Shown piece by piece: positions 1 through 14,901 of a DNA stretch of 64,000 bases; the stretch's first letter is position 1; every line of letters starts with the position of its first letter. The stretch is from contig NW_018408484.1 of NCBI RefSeq assembly GCF_002113885.1, positions 40,799 through 104,798 on the forward strand. The letters are read 5' to 3'. Under the pieces are notes generated by a model. It searched no databases. It was not told the DNA's origin and saw only the letters and a program-made list of their open reading frames with translations. Both the position numbers and the translations under genes were made by a program. This stretch comes from Mizuhopecten yessoensis (Eukaryota).

Positions 1-3000
1 TAAAGTATAGACTGCACTTGGGTTAGAAACTATCCAATAAAGCAGGTACTGCGCTAGATTAGAACGACTCGTTTTATCGAGGGAGACAGTAAATACCAAG
101 ATTTCGTCATGAATCGAAGTGTTTGAAATAAGTCAATGTCAAATAACAAGACATATTTTTATCGTAGCCTTTCTTACTGATATAGCTCCACGTAATTAAA
201 AAAGTATATTCTTATCATGGTACAACAATTGAAAAATTATTTTCCGTTTTGAAGTTTGTATTTAAGAAATATTAGCGTATACTTATTTTGTCCCCTTTTA
301 ATATACTTCTTATACGATCTTTCATGGAACATCCTGTCAGGAAACTGTGTCGGTAACCAACTATATAAGGGCGGTGAAATACACTGAATTATGTAAGACA
401 TTGAAAGTTTTGTTGGAACTAAGGCCGTGATGATGAGCTAACTATAGTGGTAGAAAATCTTGTAATTAATCACGTCATTAATGTATCCAGGAAACCCTGG
501 TGTGGGGAACAGCCACTAGAGTAGAGAAGTACAGCCTGTAAACCACGTCAATATATTGGTAGTATTATCGTAAACTTTCCCACACCTGTTATTGTTATAC
601 GTAAGATAAATGACACGACGAACTGAGTAAGTTATTTAACCGGTTACAGTTCTAAATAAATCAACACAAATACATGTTCCTCTTTCTTGCTGTGTACGCG
701 CTGGCGTTTATTGAGCAAGGGATTATTTTTGCTACGAAAAACAATATATCAATTAAAACTTTTCATGAGGTTTAACGCAATCCTGAGAGCCTCTTGACAT
801 CTATTTATTGCACACGTGTACTGCACGTGAGCATTACTGCCATGTTTTCGTCAACATTCCGCGCAGGCGTACTCGGACCAAACTAATACAGTTTGACACC
901 CAGTGTGACTCGGGGACCTGAATGAAATCATTCATAGTGCAGCGTTTAGTGATGTAGTGCAAACATGTGCTTCTGTTTTTCTCACAGTGGATGTGTCCTA
1001 CATGTGTACGACTCTAGCATATTCCACGGGGAATTCAAATAAGTCTATTTTTGGATGATGTTTTGCATATATGTTGTACCTAAAATCGAGTAGCGTTCTA
1101 TCCAGGTCACAGATTGTTTAAGGCTTGCAGTGTTCACATGTCGTGATGTTGTGTCAAATGTCTTTGAAACTCACAGATGTATACAAAGATAAAGCATCAG
1201 GCGAGAAATTGAACGTAAACAGATTTCCATAAAACGCTCATCTACTTTGTAACTGGATCAATAACGAAAACAATTTACTACTATTGCACTTACACAAACT
1301 CTTAAATCTTATATATAAGCACCAAAGTGCGATCAGTGTTGTAAATAAGATGGGTTCAACTATAGTTTCACATGACAGATTAAAAAAGGGACGGAAGTAA
1401 TGTCAGTTTTATTTTGTGAATATTTATTTTATTTTTGTTATACATGCTATAAAACGTATGTAAATATAACAGATAGTTACAATAACTGACTTTTTCAAGA
1501 TGTTAGGACACATATTAGCTTCGCTTATGATATGTATCGGGTATCAATCGCACATTTATTACATGTCTTATTTCTAAGACTATTTAATGCTGAAACAATT
1601 ATAAGATTTTCAAACTATATTTATTGACCTGATTTTGATACCTGATATTAAAATCGTATAAAAAACTGTTAATAAGAGTATACTTATTTGAGCTACCCCT
1701 AGATTACGTGAGACAAAGCTGTAGCGACAATACAATTTGTGTTTCCCCCTTACATGCGTCTAGGTAGCCAAGGTCTTTACCGGCGATGCTTCATTCAACT
1801 CTAAGGATATGTTACCGTCGCTTATAAACGAATTTCCAATGTCAGTATCGAGCAGGTTCACCATTTGTTCACTCTGTCGTTTGTATCTAGCGTCATTTTC
1901 GGGATTTCACCTTTGCCATCACGAGGTTGATGGTACTTTTAAATCCTGAATTTACATTGCTTTCCCTTCCAGGTCTTTTGTGGGAAATCACAGTGCATTT
2001 CCTACGATTGTTGGTTATTTTTAGGTACCGGAAGTTGTATTTTCGTTTTGATTTTAACCTGCGATGCACTTGCATGTTAACGCTATGGTATATAACGGTT
2101 GCTCAACAACAGTTATCAAGCATTAGCTGTTAAGTTAGACTGAGTTGATGCAACTATATTAAGTTACAGGTTTATCCCTTACATCATACCCTACTAATTG
2201 ACAGTAGAGTACAAGGTTACTGCCGTCTCAATGATTTATACGTTTTCATTATTTGATATAAATGTCATTACAGTAGTTGTTTTTCATATTGGTTGCGGTG
2301 TAGACTATTACATTAAAGTGGGGATTTACAATTATTAAGAGATATCACAGTTTGTTCAATCCTACTAATGACCTCAATTTACAGTTGATATACTCCAATC
2401 ATAACACCCAGTTTTGCTAATTATTTGCCTTGACGATATCACAACGTATTAAGTTAGGGCAATTGGCAAAGAACACCAAATCGCCGAAGCAACATTAACA
2501 TGATAACATTGGAATGGATAGCAAAAAAACAAAAAAACAAAACCATAAAAATTAGAAATTCCAGAAATATTTAGGTTCAAGAAATCAATATATAAGATAA
2601 TATATTTTTACTCGCTTCTTCAGAAGAGGAGAGTAATGGCCGATTTGGACCTATGTGATTTTACCACATAGTATTTGATATCTTAGTGTATAAAGATGTG
2701 ATGTGTAATCCAGAAGGAAAATAGGAAATCTCATAGAAATAGTTTCGCCGCGGGCAACTCGCTAGGAGTGTAGCGCACTTTATTACACATTTTATATATA
2801 AATAGTTAATTGGCCCCATAAATAGAGTATCTGAAATATGCGTCCTTGTAAAACCCTGTCAGTCAAACACGCTGACTAGAGTACGCTTACTATGGCAGCC
2901 TTGTACACTCTTTGGTTTATTCACTTAATTATCCTAGTATTGAAAAAAACAAAAACATTCCACCATTAAATAGTGGTTCAGCTATAAGTTGAAATCATCA

Positions 3001-5140
3001 CTGAAAGCTAACCGGGCATTATATCGGGACTGACATGTGTGAAAGATTACGGAATGGGAGAGACGGTTAATGATATATACAATACATTGATAGAATAACC
3101 TTTATACAATATAATGGTGATACTGTCGTTCAATTCTTCACTTTTCCCCACATTATTTTAGGGTCTCTGTCCCGCTGCAGGCAAAACACTAGATAGCTCC
3201 ACTGTAAATTTTCGTACATGCATTTACCTCCCCAGCATTTGAAATTCTTACGTTAACCAGGTTGGTTACATCGACAGTAATGATCTGAGGTAAAGGGTTC
3301 GTACACCCAACACACTGCTGATGTTGTTTTTTGTTTATTTCATCTTTTTGCCTTTTTTTCATCTAAAGTCCCGTAAAGTATATGCTTTTTTATCATGACA
3401 TGTTAACATTCTAAACTTTTGTTTATTATTGACTTAACAAATATCTTTCTTATACTTTCGATATGGAATTGTCTGTGTCGTCATTGTAAACGAGAGTCCT
3501 GGAATAGCCTAGCTTCACCAAAATGTTTGCTTCTAACGGTTGTCTCGTGTTAATCAAGGCAGAAGGAATAACTTCAAAATGACGCTGATCCATGGTAATG
3601 CTTATGGAGGAACTAGCAGTGGACATGTACATGTATATGAGGTACACCTTTTCGTATGAGGGATACAGCATGGGAAACGTCAGCAAATATATCAAGTATA
3701 AAGATTGAAAGCGTAATTTAATTCTAGGTACACTCCTATTGCCAAATCTGTCTATAAATGTGACGTCAGGTAAAGCAAGAGAAAACTATTTACAATATTA
3801 CATCAGGTATTACATACATGTGTAAGTAATGTCATTAACATATTATACAAATAGCTATGCCCATCAGCTATTTATTCGTTATTTGATTTGAAGTGATTAC
3901 TTTTTGGTGGTTTGTAATGAAGTTAGTGGTCACTATTGTGGAATGAAGTGTGATCAATAAACGGTCATAACTTTATCATACAACCAAGTATCGTCAAGGT
4001 AACGGTTAACGTCATCCGTACCGCGACAATGTGTAAGTCGTACTGAAAACGTTCAAATCGGCAGGACTGAGTAGATAGCTAGTATACGCTAGCATAGGCA
4101 AAGTTATTACAAACTGTCCATTAAGAATATTTTACTGACAAGAGAATCATGAAAATTACGTATTAAGGCAGGTTTTGTGCATTAGCAATGCAGAACATCG
4201 GCAATAATCGTGACGCCTAGAGAGTCAAATGACTTGATATGATCTATAATTCATGATAACACCGTCGTTATAATTTCCGGAATGTAGAATGATACCTGGA
4301 GTCTAAGCTTTGAGGTTGACTAATTGTTATAGGTTTTTGTACTTTGGTGAATCGGTTTACTACAGAATACTGAAGAAAAAAGAAAAATACAAAAATGCTG
4401 TAAATGGTTATAATTGACAGATTGAATGTCGTGGAAACATAAAAATTATTTATAAGTTAAAAGTTATCATTACATCACACTTGAAATATTGGTTCATATC
4501 TAGTATGCATATGTATACCCAAAATATAGCTTCGAACTCGTATTCAAATGTTTACTCAAAATATTTATTCAAATTCATGTTTTACCTACATTAACGTTAT
4601 ACCCAAAACATTGGTTCACATCGCTCCGCAGTCGCCTCACATTTATAAGAGTATAGACAGCTGTCGTGATGGTCTCGAGTTTGTCATGCATTATAATATC
4701 ACATGGACCTCAAATCTTCAAAGAACATCACATTATACTCGTCTTCAATCTCTCAGATAGATTACGCCGTATTTGTCTTCATTCTGTCCGACACTATCAT
4801 ATAAGGTTCATATCCATTCATATACCTCATTTACGACATCAATCTGTTATGTACATGTCAAAAATGTGTCCGATTGGCAGGAAAACATTACTTCCAGATT
4901 GTATATAAAATTATTTGACCTTAAAACGTTAGGTTTGCTTCAAATCTGTTGTTAAAATCACGTGATTGGTATGTATGAAACTTATTGGTACACTGTAATA
5001 TATCATACTAGTATCAAAGCCAGTATGTTGGATAACGTTGCTTTATGTTTATAGACAATTTGACCCCGTAATATCATGTCATGTTTGTCTCCAAATAGTC
5101 AGATAATGAATGCCTCGAACATGTCGGATAACTAATCTCA

Positions 5141-5832
5141 ATGTCATGATAGGAATCCTAGATGAGCGAACTCACCGCTGCCACCCAATATCGGGGGATG
5201 TTATGGTAGGAATCCTAGATTAGCTATCACACCGCTGCCACTCAATATCGGGGGATGTTATGGTAGGAAGCCTAGAGGATCGATCTCACCGCTGCCACCC
5301 AATATCGGGTTATGTTATGGTAGGAATCCTAGAGTAGCTATCTCACCGCTGCCACTCAATATCGGGGGATGTTATGGTAGGAAGCCTAGAGGATCGATCT
5401 CACCGCTGCCACCCAATATCGGGTTATGTTATGGTAGGAATCCTAGATGAGCTATGTCACCGCTGCCACCCAATATCGGGGGATGTTATGGTAAGAATCC
5501 TAGAGGATCGATCTCACCGCTGCCACTCAATATCGGGGGATGTTATGGTAGGAATCCTAGATTAGCTATCACACCGCTGCCACTCAATATCGGGGGATGT
5601 TATGGTAGGAAGCCTAGAGGATCGATCTCACCGCTGCCACCCAATATCGGGTTATGTTATGGTAGGAATCCTAGATTAGCTATCTCACCGCTGCCACTCA
5701 ATATCGGGGGATGTTATGGTAGGAATCCTAGAGGATCGATCTCACCGCTGCTACCCAATATCGGGGGATGTTATGGTAGGAATCTTAGATGATCAATCTC
5801 ACCGCTGCCACCCAATATCGGGTTATGTTATG
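5141..5832. repeat. 57-bp minisatellite, ~12 copies, two largely alternating variants
   Basis: Unit GATGTTATGGTAGGAATCCTAGA(TTAGCT/GGATCG)ATCTCACCGCTGCCAC(C/T)CAATATCGGGG; 19-aa periodicity in ORFs 5374 and 5454. Confidence 0.95.
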
Positions 5833-7984
5833 TCAAAAGCATAACTTGTAATGCCACATGGAGATCGTAAGACACTTGGACCATTAGCCGTGAGTAGAAC
5901 GCCACATGTATATGTTAACTCCAACAGTTAACTTGTGGTTTTGATGTAGTGCAAACAATTTTGACATGGTGAGTTGGAAAATCACGAATGGCTGTTTATT
6001 GATAATAAAAAATATGATTTTAGCTGCATTTGTATAGTGACAAGTTACAGTGAAAACTATCTTTAATGTTCCAATTAATATGAAGACAAAAAATATAATG
6101 GTTAATCCTCGCAATCCTTCCGTTGGCTGGTCTATAGGAACTTGGGAAAGAGTTCTATGTATATTAACAACCCACATCTACCAAACTTCGGTTCGGACTG
6201 ATGCACAAATTTTTACTGACAATGTTTCCGAGAATATAGATTATCCTTACATGCTATATCTGTCTAATTAGACTGGAAGTGTTTGTCAGTGTGACAACCT
6301 TTTTCTTGTCTCCTTGTGATGGGTTCGGTTGTTATCCGACTCTCAATTGGTTCTTTTCTCATATCACTGACATTCTTTGTTGGTTTGAGATAATATATTT
6401 TGACCTTATCCCGATCCTTCTTTCGAGGTCTCTGTATACAGTATAGTTGAAGCATGGCCATATCTCTAAATTAACAGTTGCAGAAACATTTATAATGTCC
6501 AGCATTTCATTGTGTTGCAAGGATAAGTTCATACGTTTCCTGTACTCTGTCATCATCTTATGTGTTTCGTAGTCTTTGTCCTTACCCTTCGCAGCCCGGA
6601 TATGGACCGTATTTCAGATAAGGTTGACATACAACTTCTGAAAATGGCCCTTGGTCCCAGGATTACCGAAGTTGCTAATTTATTCTTCTGACAAATATCG
6701 GGTATGATGGCTGAGTGAAACGTTACTGTTCAATCGCGTTATAGAGGGAAAATATAATGGAAAAGTACCACAAAGACAAAAGCCAGGAAATATTTATTTT
6801 TTTCAATTTGAAAAAGGCTTATTGAGTAAATGAATATAAATTCGTTATGAAAACAAAGTCGTATCCACTTACATAGCACCGGTGTGACCGCTAGGTGTCG
6901 TCAGTCACAGCTATTGCTGCACCGCCATCCCGAACATCCACACTGTCAGCAAAGGGCATGGCCCACGACTTACCGAGGGAGGGCTACTAATTGGATTGGC
7001 TATTATGATGAAAAAATTCCACAAAGGGCAAACATATACTTTGCAAAACACAATACCTCTTTCACGAAAGCGTTTGTCGTTTACCATTTCTAGCGTCGTA
7101 TTGAAGAGCGATCTTGCATGTTTTTGATAATGCAGTTCAACTTTGAGATGAGACCCTTTCAGGAGAGCTAAGCTATCAGTTGCCATTACATAAACGATTG
7201 CCATCGTTAGGTGGTATACATTCGCCGTCAGAAGTTGGCAGAACACTTGACTTTAACCAACAGTCAGACAGAGTTGATGAGAACTTGATTAATGCTTCAT
7301 TGTTTTTCTGCTTTGGAAATATTACTTTTGTACAAGTATCTGACATCTCTCGTTGAAATGCATGCAAGCACGTTCATTTTTTCAATTAGCCCTTTACATG
7401 TCTAATGGGCTTGCCATTGGTAGGCCCCGACACCTTACTTACTTCTCTTCGCACGTCTTAGAATACACATCATTTGCATAGCTTGTGGAAGTGAAGATGC
7501 GTGCCCTTCTATTGGATATTTTGAAACACTTTAGAACATGTCATGTTTCTATTATATCCATACCGTCCCGTTATAGGAGGGAAGAGGGATAACACGAGTA
7601 TTCACACGGAGTCATGTACTGTAGAACTTAGTCTGATGAGCAGGGGATTCTAACGTTTGCCATATATATGAACATCTCTGAAATACATGTACTTGTTACT
7701 TTTTATGGAAACTATTCCGATACTAGTTAAACATTGATAGATTCTTGTTATGTTGTGACATAGTTAAGGTAACGTCACTACACTAAAGGATGGTTCTATC
7801 TGGCGTAAAAGGTATTTTGTAGACACAGTTAATCCCCTTTAGCATTCTAGAAGTCTATCAGTGTCTGTGTTGGGTTGTTTGATTGAGTTGTTGATGATGA
7901 ATATGATCAAAGTCTGGTACTTTATTATTGTAAATGTATATAAGGATTTAGAAGAAACAGTTCAACGTTGGTCATTTATATATG

Positions 7985-8440
7985 TCGCTCGCTCAACCAA
8001 TATTAACTCGCTCACCACGTGCACCCTGTTGTTGTGCATTTATTGCTCGCTTAGTTTCTTTACTCACTGGCCATTCGCTCGCCGACGTTTTGTAAACGGT
8101 TGCTTGGTTACCTAATTCAGCTGTACATTTAATCGTCCACTCCTTTTTAGATTTATTACTCGCACATTCCACTTCAATTTACTCGTCATTTGCTCTTCTG
8201 TCTAATTTGTATACCCTTAGCTCGTTGACCCACTTCAATCTTATATTTGTTGCTCGCTTACTCACTCGTAATTTGCTCGTATACCTATTTTTCCATAGTG
8301 TTCCTTATTGACCCACTTCAATCTGATATTTGTTACCCGCTAACTCGCTCGTTTTTTGCTCGTATACCTTTTTTTAATAACTATTTCTCGTAGGCCCACT
8401 TCGATAACTTATGTATTTGTAAACATATGTTGCTCGCTCA
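7985..8440. repeat. decayed low-complexity repeat rich in TTGCTCGCTCA / GACCCACTTCAAT motifs
   Basis: Recurrent GCTCGCTC, TTGCTCGT and GACCCACTTC words without strict period. Confidence 0.5.
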
Positions 8441-9877
8441 AATGTTTTTATTTTTATTTTTCCACATTTCTGCACTATAAAATATTCTACTCATTTGCGG
8501 CCAACTGATCACTGCATACATGCACGACTACGCGAAGTGAGGGTATTACCCATCACGTCTCCTTCCACGACTCGTAACGCTATTTAAAATCTTACATTGG
8601 TATGGGTAAACTACACAAGCTGTTGGCGCCTAGGTCAGATCATACCGACGCAATATCACCGGGGCAATGTTAAAGAGAGTTAGCTGATGATTGGCCTCTG
8701 AGTAAATAATGACTCCTTCTCAGTTATAGACACTTTGAACTATAATTGAAACGTTGAAAATGACTAAACATTGATCTTCTTACATGGTTCCCACAACACA
8801 CCAACACCTGCTGCTTGTGTGCAGTGATACAATTATATGTGACGTCTTTACAAAGCGTAACACTGTCGGGCAAGTGTCGGCATGTCAAGGCCAGAGTATC
8901 AAAATCATAGCATTTCGTCCCGGCTGTGAAAAAACACAGCTTTGAAAATAAATGCAACGTTTTAATATACATATAATACTTATGGAAATGCGTACACATC
9001 TCTTCTGGAGTAAGACACAAACTAAATAGTAACGAGTTGAGGACAGTTATACATCAGCAACAATTGATTTCTTGTAAACTCACATATTAAATAAGATAAT
9101 AAAAGTGGCCATGAGTTGCACAGGCGAGTAAACAAATATCAATGCTGTGATTTGTCTGAAAACATAGTTTGCAATATATGTATTTTTTTACAAAGAAATA
9201 AATGAACAAAAATCACACACAAGCTAACAACGTACGTTATAGGCGACGAGTCCAATTTTGTTTACAGTTTCTGTAACAATTTCTACCAAAATCACCTCAA
9301 TTGATGTGTTCGTTACGACGCTGAAGTGTAGGACTGGTAGGTTCTGTTCGTTGTGTGTTTCCGTCTGTTTCCATGTTTGTTGATGTTGTTATATAAAAAT
9401 GAACAGTACCAATATTTGAAATACACATATTTCCGTTTATGCATTTATGCTATCATTGAGGAATAAGTATGTGGCTACCAAATAAGGACGTCCAGGAAAC
9501 AAAATATGAAAACTATCATTAAAACAGGGCACTGGCCTCATTTGTAGTTTATAAACAAGTTTATTTTCTATGAGTAACCTTACCGTAACCTGTGCGCAGT
9601 TTTAACCTTTCCAGAGAACAGCCGCTTTACGTACATACATACATAACGACATCCTCGGTTGAGAGGTATACTGAAATATTCATGACAATCTCTACAGGTC
9701 TCGTAAAGCCGGGTATATGTAGTATAGTCGTACTATTTACGATGCAACATGACTCATACTGAAAACGCAAAGGGAACGATGTGATATGAGTGTCTGTTCT
9801 CAACGTGATGACTAATACCGGGTGTATACGGCAAATGCACTGCGACATCCACACGCGGGGTGTTTATATCATTTATA

Positions 9878-12800
9878 GTATTGTTACATCATCATATCGG
9901 GTGTGTAACTATTGGTAGTACTGTTACATCATCATATCGGGTATGTAACCATTGGTAGTACTGTTACATCATCATATCAGGTGTATCACTATTGGTAGTA
10001 CTGTTACATCATCATATCAGGTGTATCACTATTGGTAGTACTGTTACATCATCATATCGGGTATATAACTATTGGTAGTACTGTAACATCATCATATCGG
10101 GTGTATAAATATTGGTAGTACTGTTACATCATCATACCGGGTGTGTAACTTTTGGTAGTACTATTACATCATCATATCGGGTGTGTAACTATTGATGGTA
10201 CTGTTACATCATCATATCGGGTGTGTAACTATTGGTATTACTGTTACATCATCATATCGGGTGTGTAACTATTGGTAGTACTGTTACATCATCATATCAG
10301 GTGTGTAACTATTGGTAGAACTGTTACATCATCATACCGGGTGTGGAACTATTGGTGGCACTGTTACATCATCATATCGGGTGTGTAACTATTGATGGTA
10401 CTGTTACATCATCAGTGTAACTATTGGTGGCACTGTAACATCATCACATCAGGTGTGTAACTATAGGTGGCACTGTTACATCATCATGTCGGGTATATAA
10501 CTATTGTTATTACTGTTACATCATCATACCGGGGGTGGAACTATTGGTGGCACTGTAACATCATCATATCAGTTGTGTAACTATTGGTAGGACTGTTACA
10601 TCATCATAGCGGGTGTGTAACTATTGCTAGTACTGCTACATCATCATATCAGGGGTGTAACTATTGGTAGTACTGTAACACCATCGTATCGGGTGTGTAA
10701 CTATTGGTAGTACTGTTACATCATCATATCGGGTATGTAACCATTGGTAGTACTGTTACATCATCATATCAGGTGTGTAACTATTGGTGGCACTGTAACA
10801 TCATCATATCAGGTGTGTAACTATTGGTAGTACTGTAACATCATCGTATCGGGTGTGTTACTATTGGTAGTACTGTTAAATCATCGTATCGGGTGTGTAA
10901 CTATTGGTACTGTTACATCATCATATCGGGTGTGTTACTATTGGTAGTACTGTTACATCATCATATCAGGTGTGTAACTTTTGGTAGGACTGTAACATCA
11001 TCATATCAGGTGTGTAACTATTGGTAGTACTGTAACATCATCGTATCGGGTGTGTTACTATTGGTAGTACTGTTAAATCATCGTATCGGGTGTGTAACTA
11101 TTGGTAGTACTGTTACATCATCGTATCAGGTGTGTAACTATTGGTACTGTTACATCATCATATCGGGTGTGTAACTATTGGTAGTACTGTTACATCGTCG
11201 TATCGGGTGTGTAACTATTGGTAGTACTGTAACATCATCGTATCGGGTGTGTAACTATTGCTAGTACTGTTACATCATCATATCGGGTATATAACTATTG
11301 GTAGTACTGTGACATCATCATACCGGGTGTGTAACTATTGGTAGTACAGTTACATCATCGTATCGGGTGTGTAACTATTGGTAGTACTGTAACATCATCA
11401 TATCAGGTGTGTAACTATTGGTGGCATTGTAACATCATCATATCAGGTGTGTAACTATTGGTAGTACTGTAACATCATCATATCAGGTGTGTAACTATTG
11501 GTAGTACTGTTACATCATCATATCGGGTATATATCTATTGGTAGTACTGTTACATCACCATACCGGGTGTGTAACTATTGGTAGTACTGTAACATCATCG
11601 TATCGGGTGCGTAACTATTGCTAGTACTGTTACATCATCATATCGGGTATATATCTATTGGTAGTACTGTTACATCACCATACCGGGTGTGTAACTATTG
11701 GTAGTACTCTAACATCATCGTATCGGGTGTGTAACTATTGGTAGTACTTTTACATCATCATATCGGGTATATATCTATTGGTAGTACTGTTACAACACCA
11801 TACCGGGTGTGTAACTATTGGTAGTACTGTAACATCATCGTATCGGGTGTGTAACTATTGGTAGTACTTTTACATCATCATATCGGGTATATATCTATTG
11901 GTAGTACTGTTACATCACCATACCGGGTGTGTAACTATTGGTAGTACTCTAACATCATCGTATCGGGTGTGTAACTATTGGTAGTTCTGTTACATCATAC
12001 CGGGTGTGTAACTATTGGTAGTACTGTTACATAATCATATCAGGTGTGTAACTATTGGTAGTACTGTAACATCATCATATCGGGTGTGTTACTATTGATA
12101 GTACTGTTACATCATCATACCGGGTGTGTAACTATTTTACATCATCATATCGGGTGTATAACTATTGGTAGTGCTGTTACATCATCATATCGGGTGTGTA
12201 ACTATTGGTAGTGCTGTTAAATCAGCGTATCGGGTGTGTAACTATTGGTAATACTGTTACATCATCACATCGGGTGTATAACTACTGGTAGTACTGTTAC
12301 ATCATCATATCGGGTGTATAACTATTGGTAGTGCTGTTACATCATCATATCGGGTGTGTAACTATTGGTAGTGCTGTTACATCATCGTATCGGGTGTGTA
12401 ACTATTGGTAATACTGTTACATCATCATAATCATATCAGGTGTGTAACTATTGGTAGTACTGTTAAATCATCGTATCGGGTGTGTAACTATTGGCAATAC
12501 TGTTACATCATCATATCGGGTGTATAACTATTGGTAGTGCTGTTACATCATCATATCGGGTGTGTAACTATTGGTAGTGCTGTTACATCATCGTATCGGG
12601 TGTGTAACTATTGGTAGTTCTGTTACATCATACCGGGTGTGTAACTATTGGTAGTACTGTAACAACATCGTATCGGATGTGTAACTATTGGTAGTACTGT
12701 AACATCATCGTATCGGATGTGTAACTATTGGTAGTACTGTAACATCATCGTATCGGGTGTGTTACTATTGGTAGTACTGTTAAATCATCGTATCGGGTGT

Positions 12801-13545
12801 GTAACTATTGGTGGCACTGTTTCATCATCATATCGGGTGTATAACTATTGGTAGTACTGTTACATCATCATATCGGGTGTGTAACTATTGGTAGTGCTGT
12901 TAAATCATCGTATCGGGTGTGTAACTATTGGTAATACTGTTACATCATCATATCGGGTGTATAACTACTGGTAGTACTGTTACATCATCATATCGGGTGT
13001 ATAACTATTGGTAGCACTGTTACATCATCATAATCATATCAGGTGTGTAAGTATTGGTAGTACTGTTAAATCATCGTATCGGGCGTGTAACTATTGGTAG
13101 TGCTGTTAAATCATCGTATCGGGGGTGTAACTATTGGTAGCACTGTTACATCATCATAATCATATCAGGTGTGTAAGTATTGGTAGTACTGTTACACCAT
13201 CATATCGGGTGTGTAACTATTGGAAGTACTGTTACATCATCATATCCGGTGTGTAACTATTGGTGGCACTGGTTCATCATCATACCGGATGTATAACTAT
13301 TTGTGTAGTATATTGTTACATCACCATATCGGGTGTGTAACTACTGGTAGTACTGTTAAATCATCGTATAGGGTGTGTAACTATTGGCGGCACTGTTACA
13401 TCATCATATCAGGTGTGTAACTTTTGGTAGTACTGTTACATCATCATATCGGGGGTGTAACTATTGGTGGCACTGTTTCATCATCATACCGGATGTATAA
13501 CTATTTGTGTAGTATATTGTTACATCACCATATCGGGTTTATAAC
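9878..13545. repeat. 40-bp minisatellite, ~90 copies
   Basis: Unit TACTGTTACATCATCATATCGGGTGTGTAACTATTGGTAG; local 120-bp higher-order blocks around 11500-11990. Confidence 0.97.
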
Positions 13546-13989
13546 ATTTTAAATAAATATTGTTGTCTGGGTATCCAGGAGCCTTCAATTGAAACACTGT
13601 TTTCTAAAAATATTTCAGAAACATTTTTCCTTTCACTTCGTTACTGATAATCACGTTGATTTCGGTTTTAATTTACCTTCCTCTCTTTCAAACCTTTGGC
13701 TGGATGACGTCACATGGACAGCTGCACGCGCTGCATGGATGTGTTTGTGGAGAAGTAAATAGACTATTGATTAACTATCAGGAAGTCAGATTTGGGTCAA
13801 CTATGAACAGTGAAAATAACATAACGTTTTTGTACATTACAGATGATGTATTTACTTAATATTCCATTAAAATGCTGGTCTCGTTTGCACTTAAACTTTA
13901 TTGTGTGGTTTCATGAATGATATTTGAACTGGAATTTTATCTTGATCATTTAAACCAAAAATAAACTCTAATGCTGTTGGATTTGGAAA

Positions 13990-14310
13990 TTTTCTCCTTT
14001 AGATAATATAGACAAAACAGACCACAATTTTTCTCCTTCAGATAATATAGACAAAACATACCACAAGTTTTCTACTTTAGATAATATAGACAAAACATAC
14101 CACAAGTTTTCTCCTTTAGATAATTTAGATAAAACATACCACAAGTTTTCTACTTTAGATAATTCAGACAAAACATACCACAAGTTTTCTACTTTAGATA
14201 ATATTGGCAAATATATCACAACTTTTCTTCTATAGATAATATAGACGAAACTGACCACAAGTTTTCTACTTTAGATAATATAGAGAAAACATACCACAAG
14301 TTTTCTACTT
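13990..14310. repeat. 39-bp minisatellite, ~8 copies
   Basis: Unit TTTAGATAATATAGACAAAACATACCACAAGTTTTCTAC; 13-aa period in minus ORF 13968-14258. Confidence 0.93.
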
Positions 14311-14736
14311 GACATGGTTAGTAGTGTACACAAAAAAATAGAAAAAAACACCCATGTAAAATACAGTGATTGTCAGATGTATTTTGGTAATACGAAAGTA
14401 CAATGAATAGTGACTATTATTAAATCGTTCATGTCCGGATAACAAATATTCGCTATCAATGTTTATTGTGTACACAACGGACATCATCGGTATATATTTT
14501 CAATTACTTATCTATACAATCTGAATAATGATTTGGTCTCAAATTCAAGTGACAAGTTATTATCTGTAACATCCTCAAAAAGAATTAAAGTTGATTTAAA
14601 GAGAACAACTATTTGATGTAATGCGGGCTTATTCAGTAATACCTTAGCAATTATGGTTCCACCTCGAGTTTCGGACAGCTTATGAGCTTACCTACAATCC
14701 TACGGCCAACATTCACTGATCGTTTTCGTTGAACAG

Positions 14737-14901
14737 GAAGTTGGTTGACCAGTGAGGAGATCAGGAAGGCACGAGCGAGGTGGAAAGCGGCGATGATGAT
14801 GAAGACGACGGACGACGAGGATCTTGTCCTTCCGAACGATAACGGGAGTGGATGGATGATGCAGAAGGATGGAGAGGTTCAACATTTTACACGTTATACG
14901 G
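14737..14901 (+). CDS. internal coding exon (phase 1-1, 165 nt) of a putative secreted anaphylatoxin-like cationic protein; pro-like segment
   Basis: Acceptor TTTTCGTTGAACAG|GA and donor ACGG|GTAGGT; purine/GC-rich codon-like island in AT-rich DNA; reads GSWLTSEEIRKARARWKAAMMMKTTDDEDLVLPNDNGSGWMMQKDGEVQHFTRYT(G); phase matches the 21750 exon. Confidence 0.7.

Noticed and set aside
5374-5792. Repetitive ORFs in the 57-bp array (also those at 13968, 19458 His-rich, 25659-27980 and 51696)
   Set aside because: By-products of tandem repeats; neighbouring units contain stops and there is no splice or start context
6264-6620. RTE-like LINE C-terminal remnant on the minus strand (LEIWP..RRIGI..ISN)
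   Set aside because: Too degenerate to support without a search
13700-13730. CRE (TGACGTCA) plus E-box as the promoter of the cationic gene
   Set aside because: Short motifs occur by chance (TGACGTCA appears at several other places) and no suitable first exon follows
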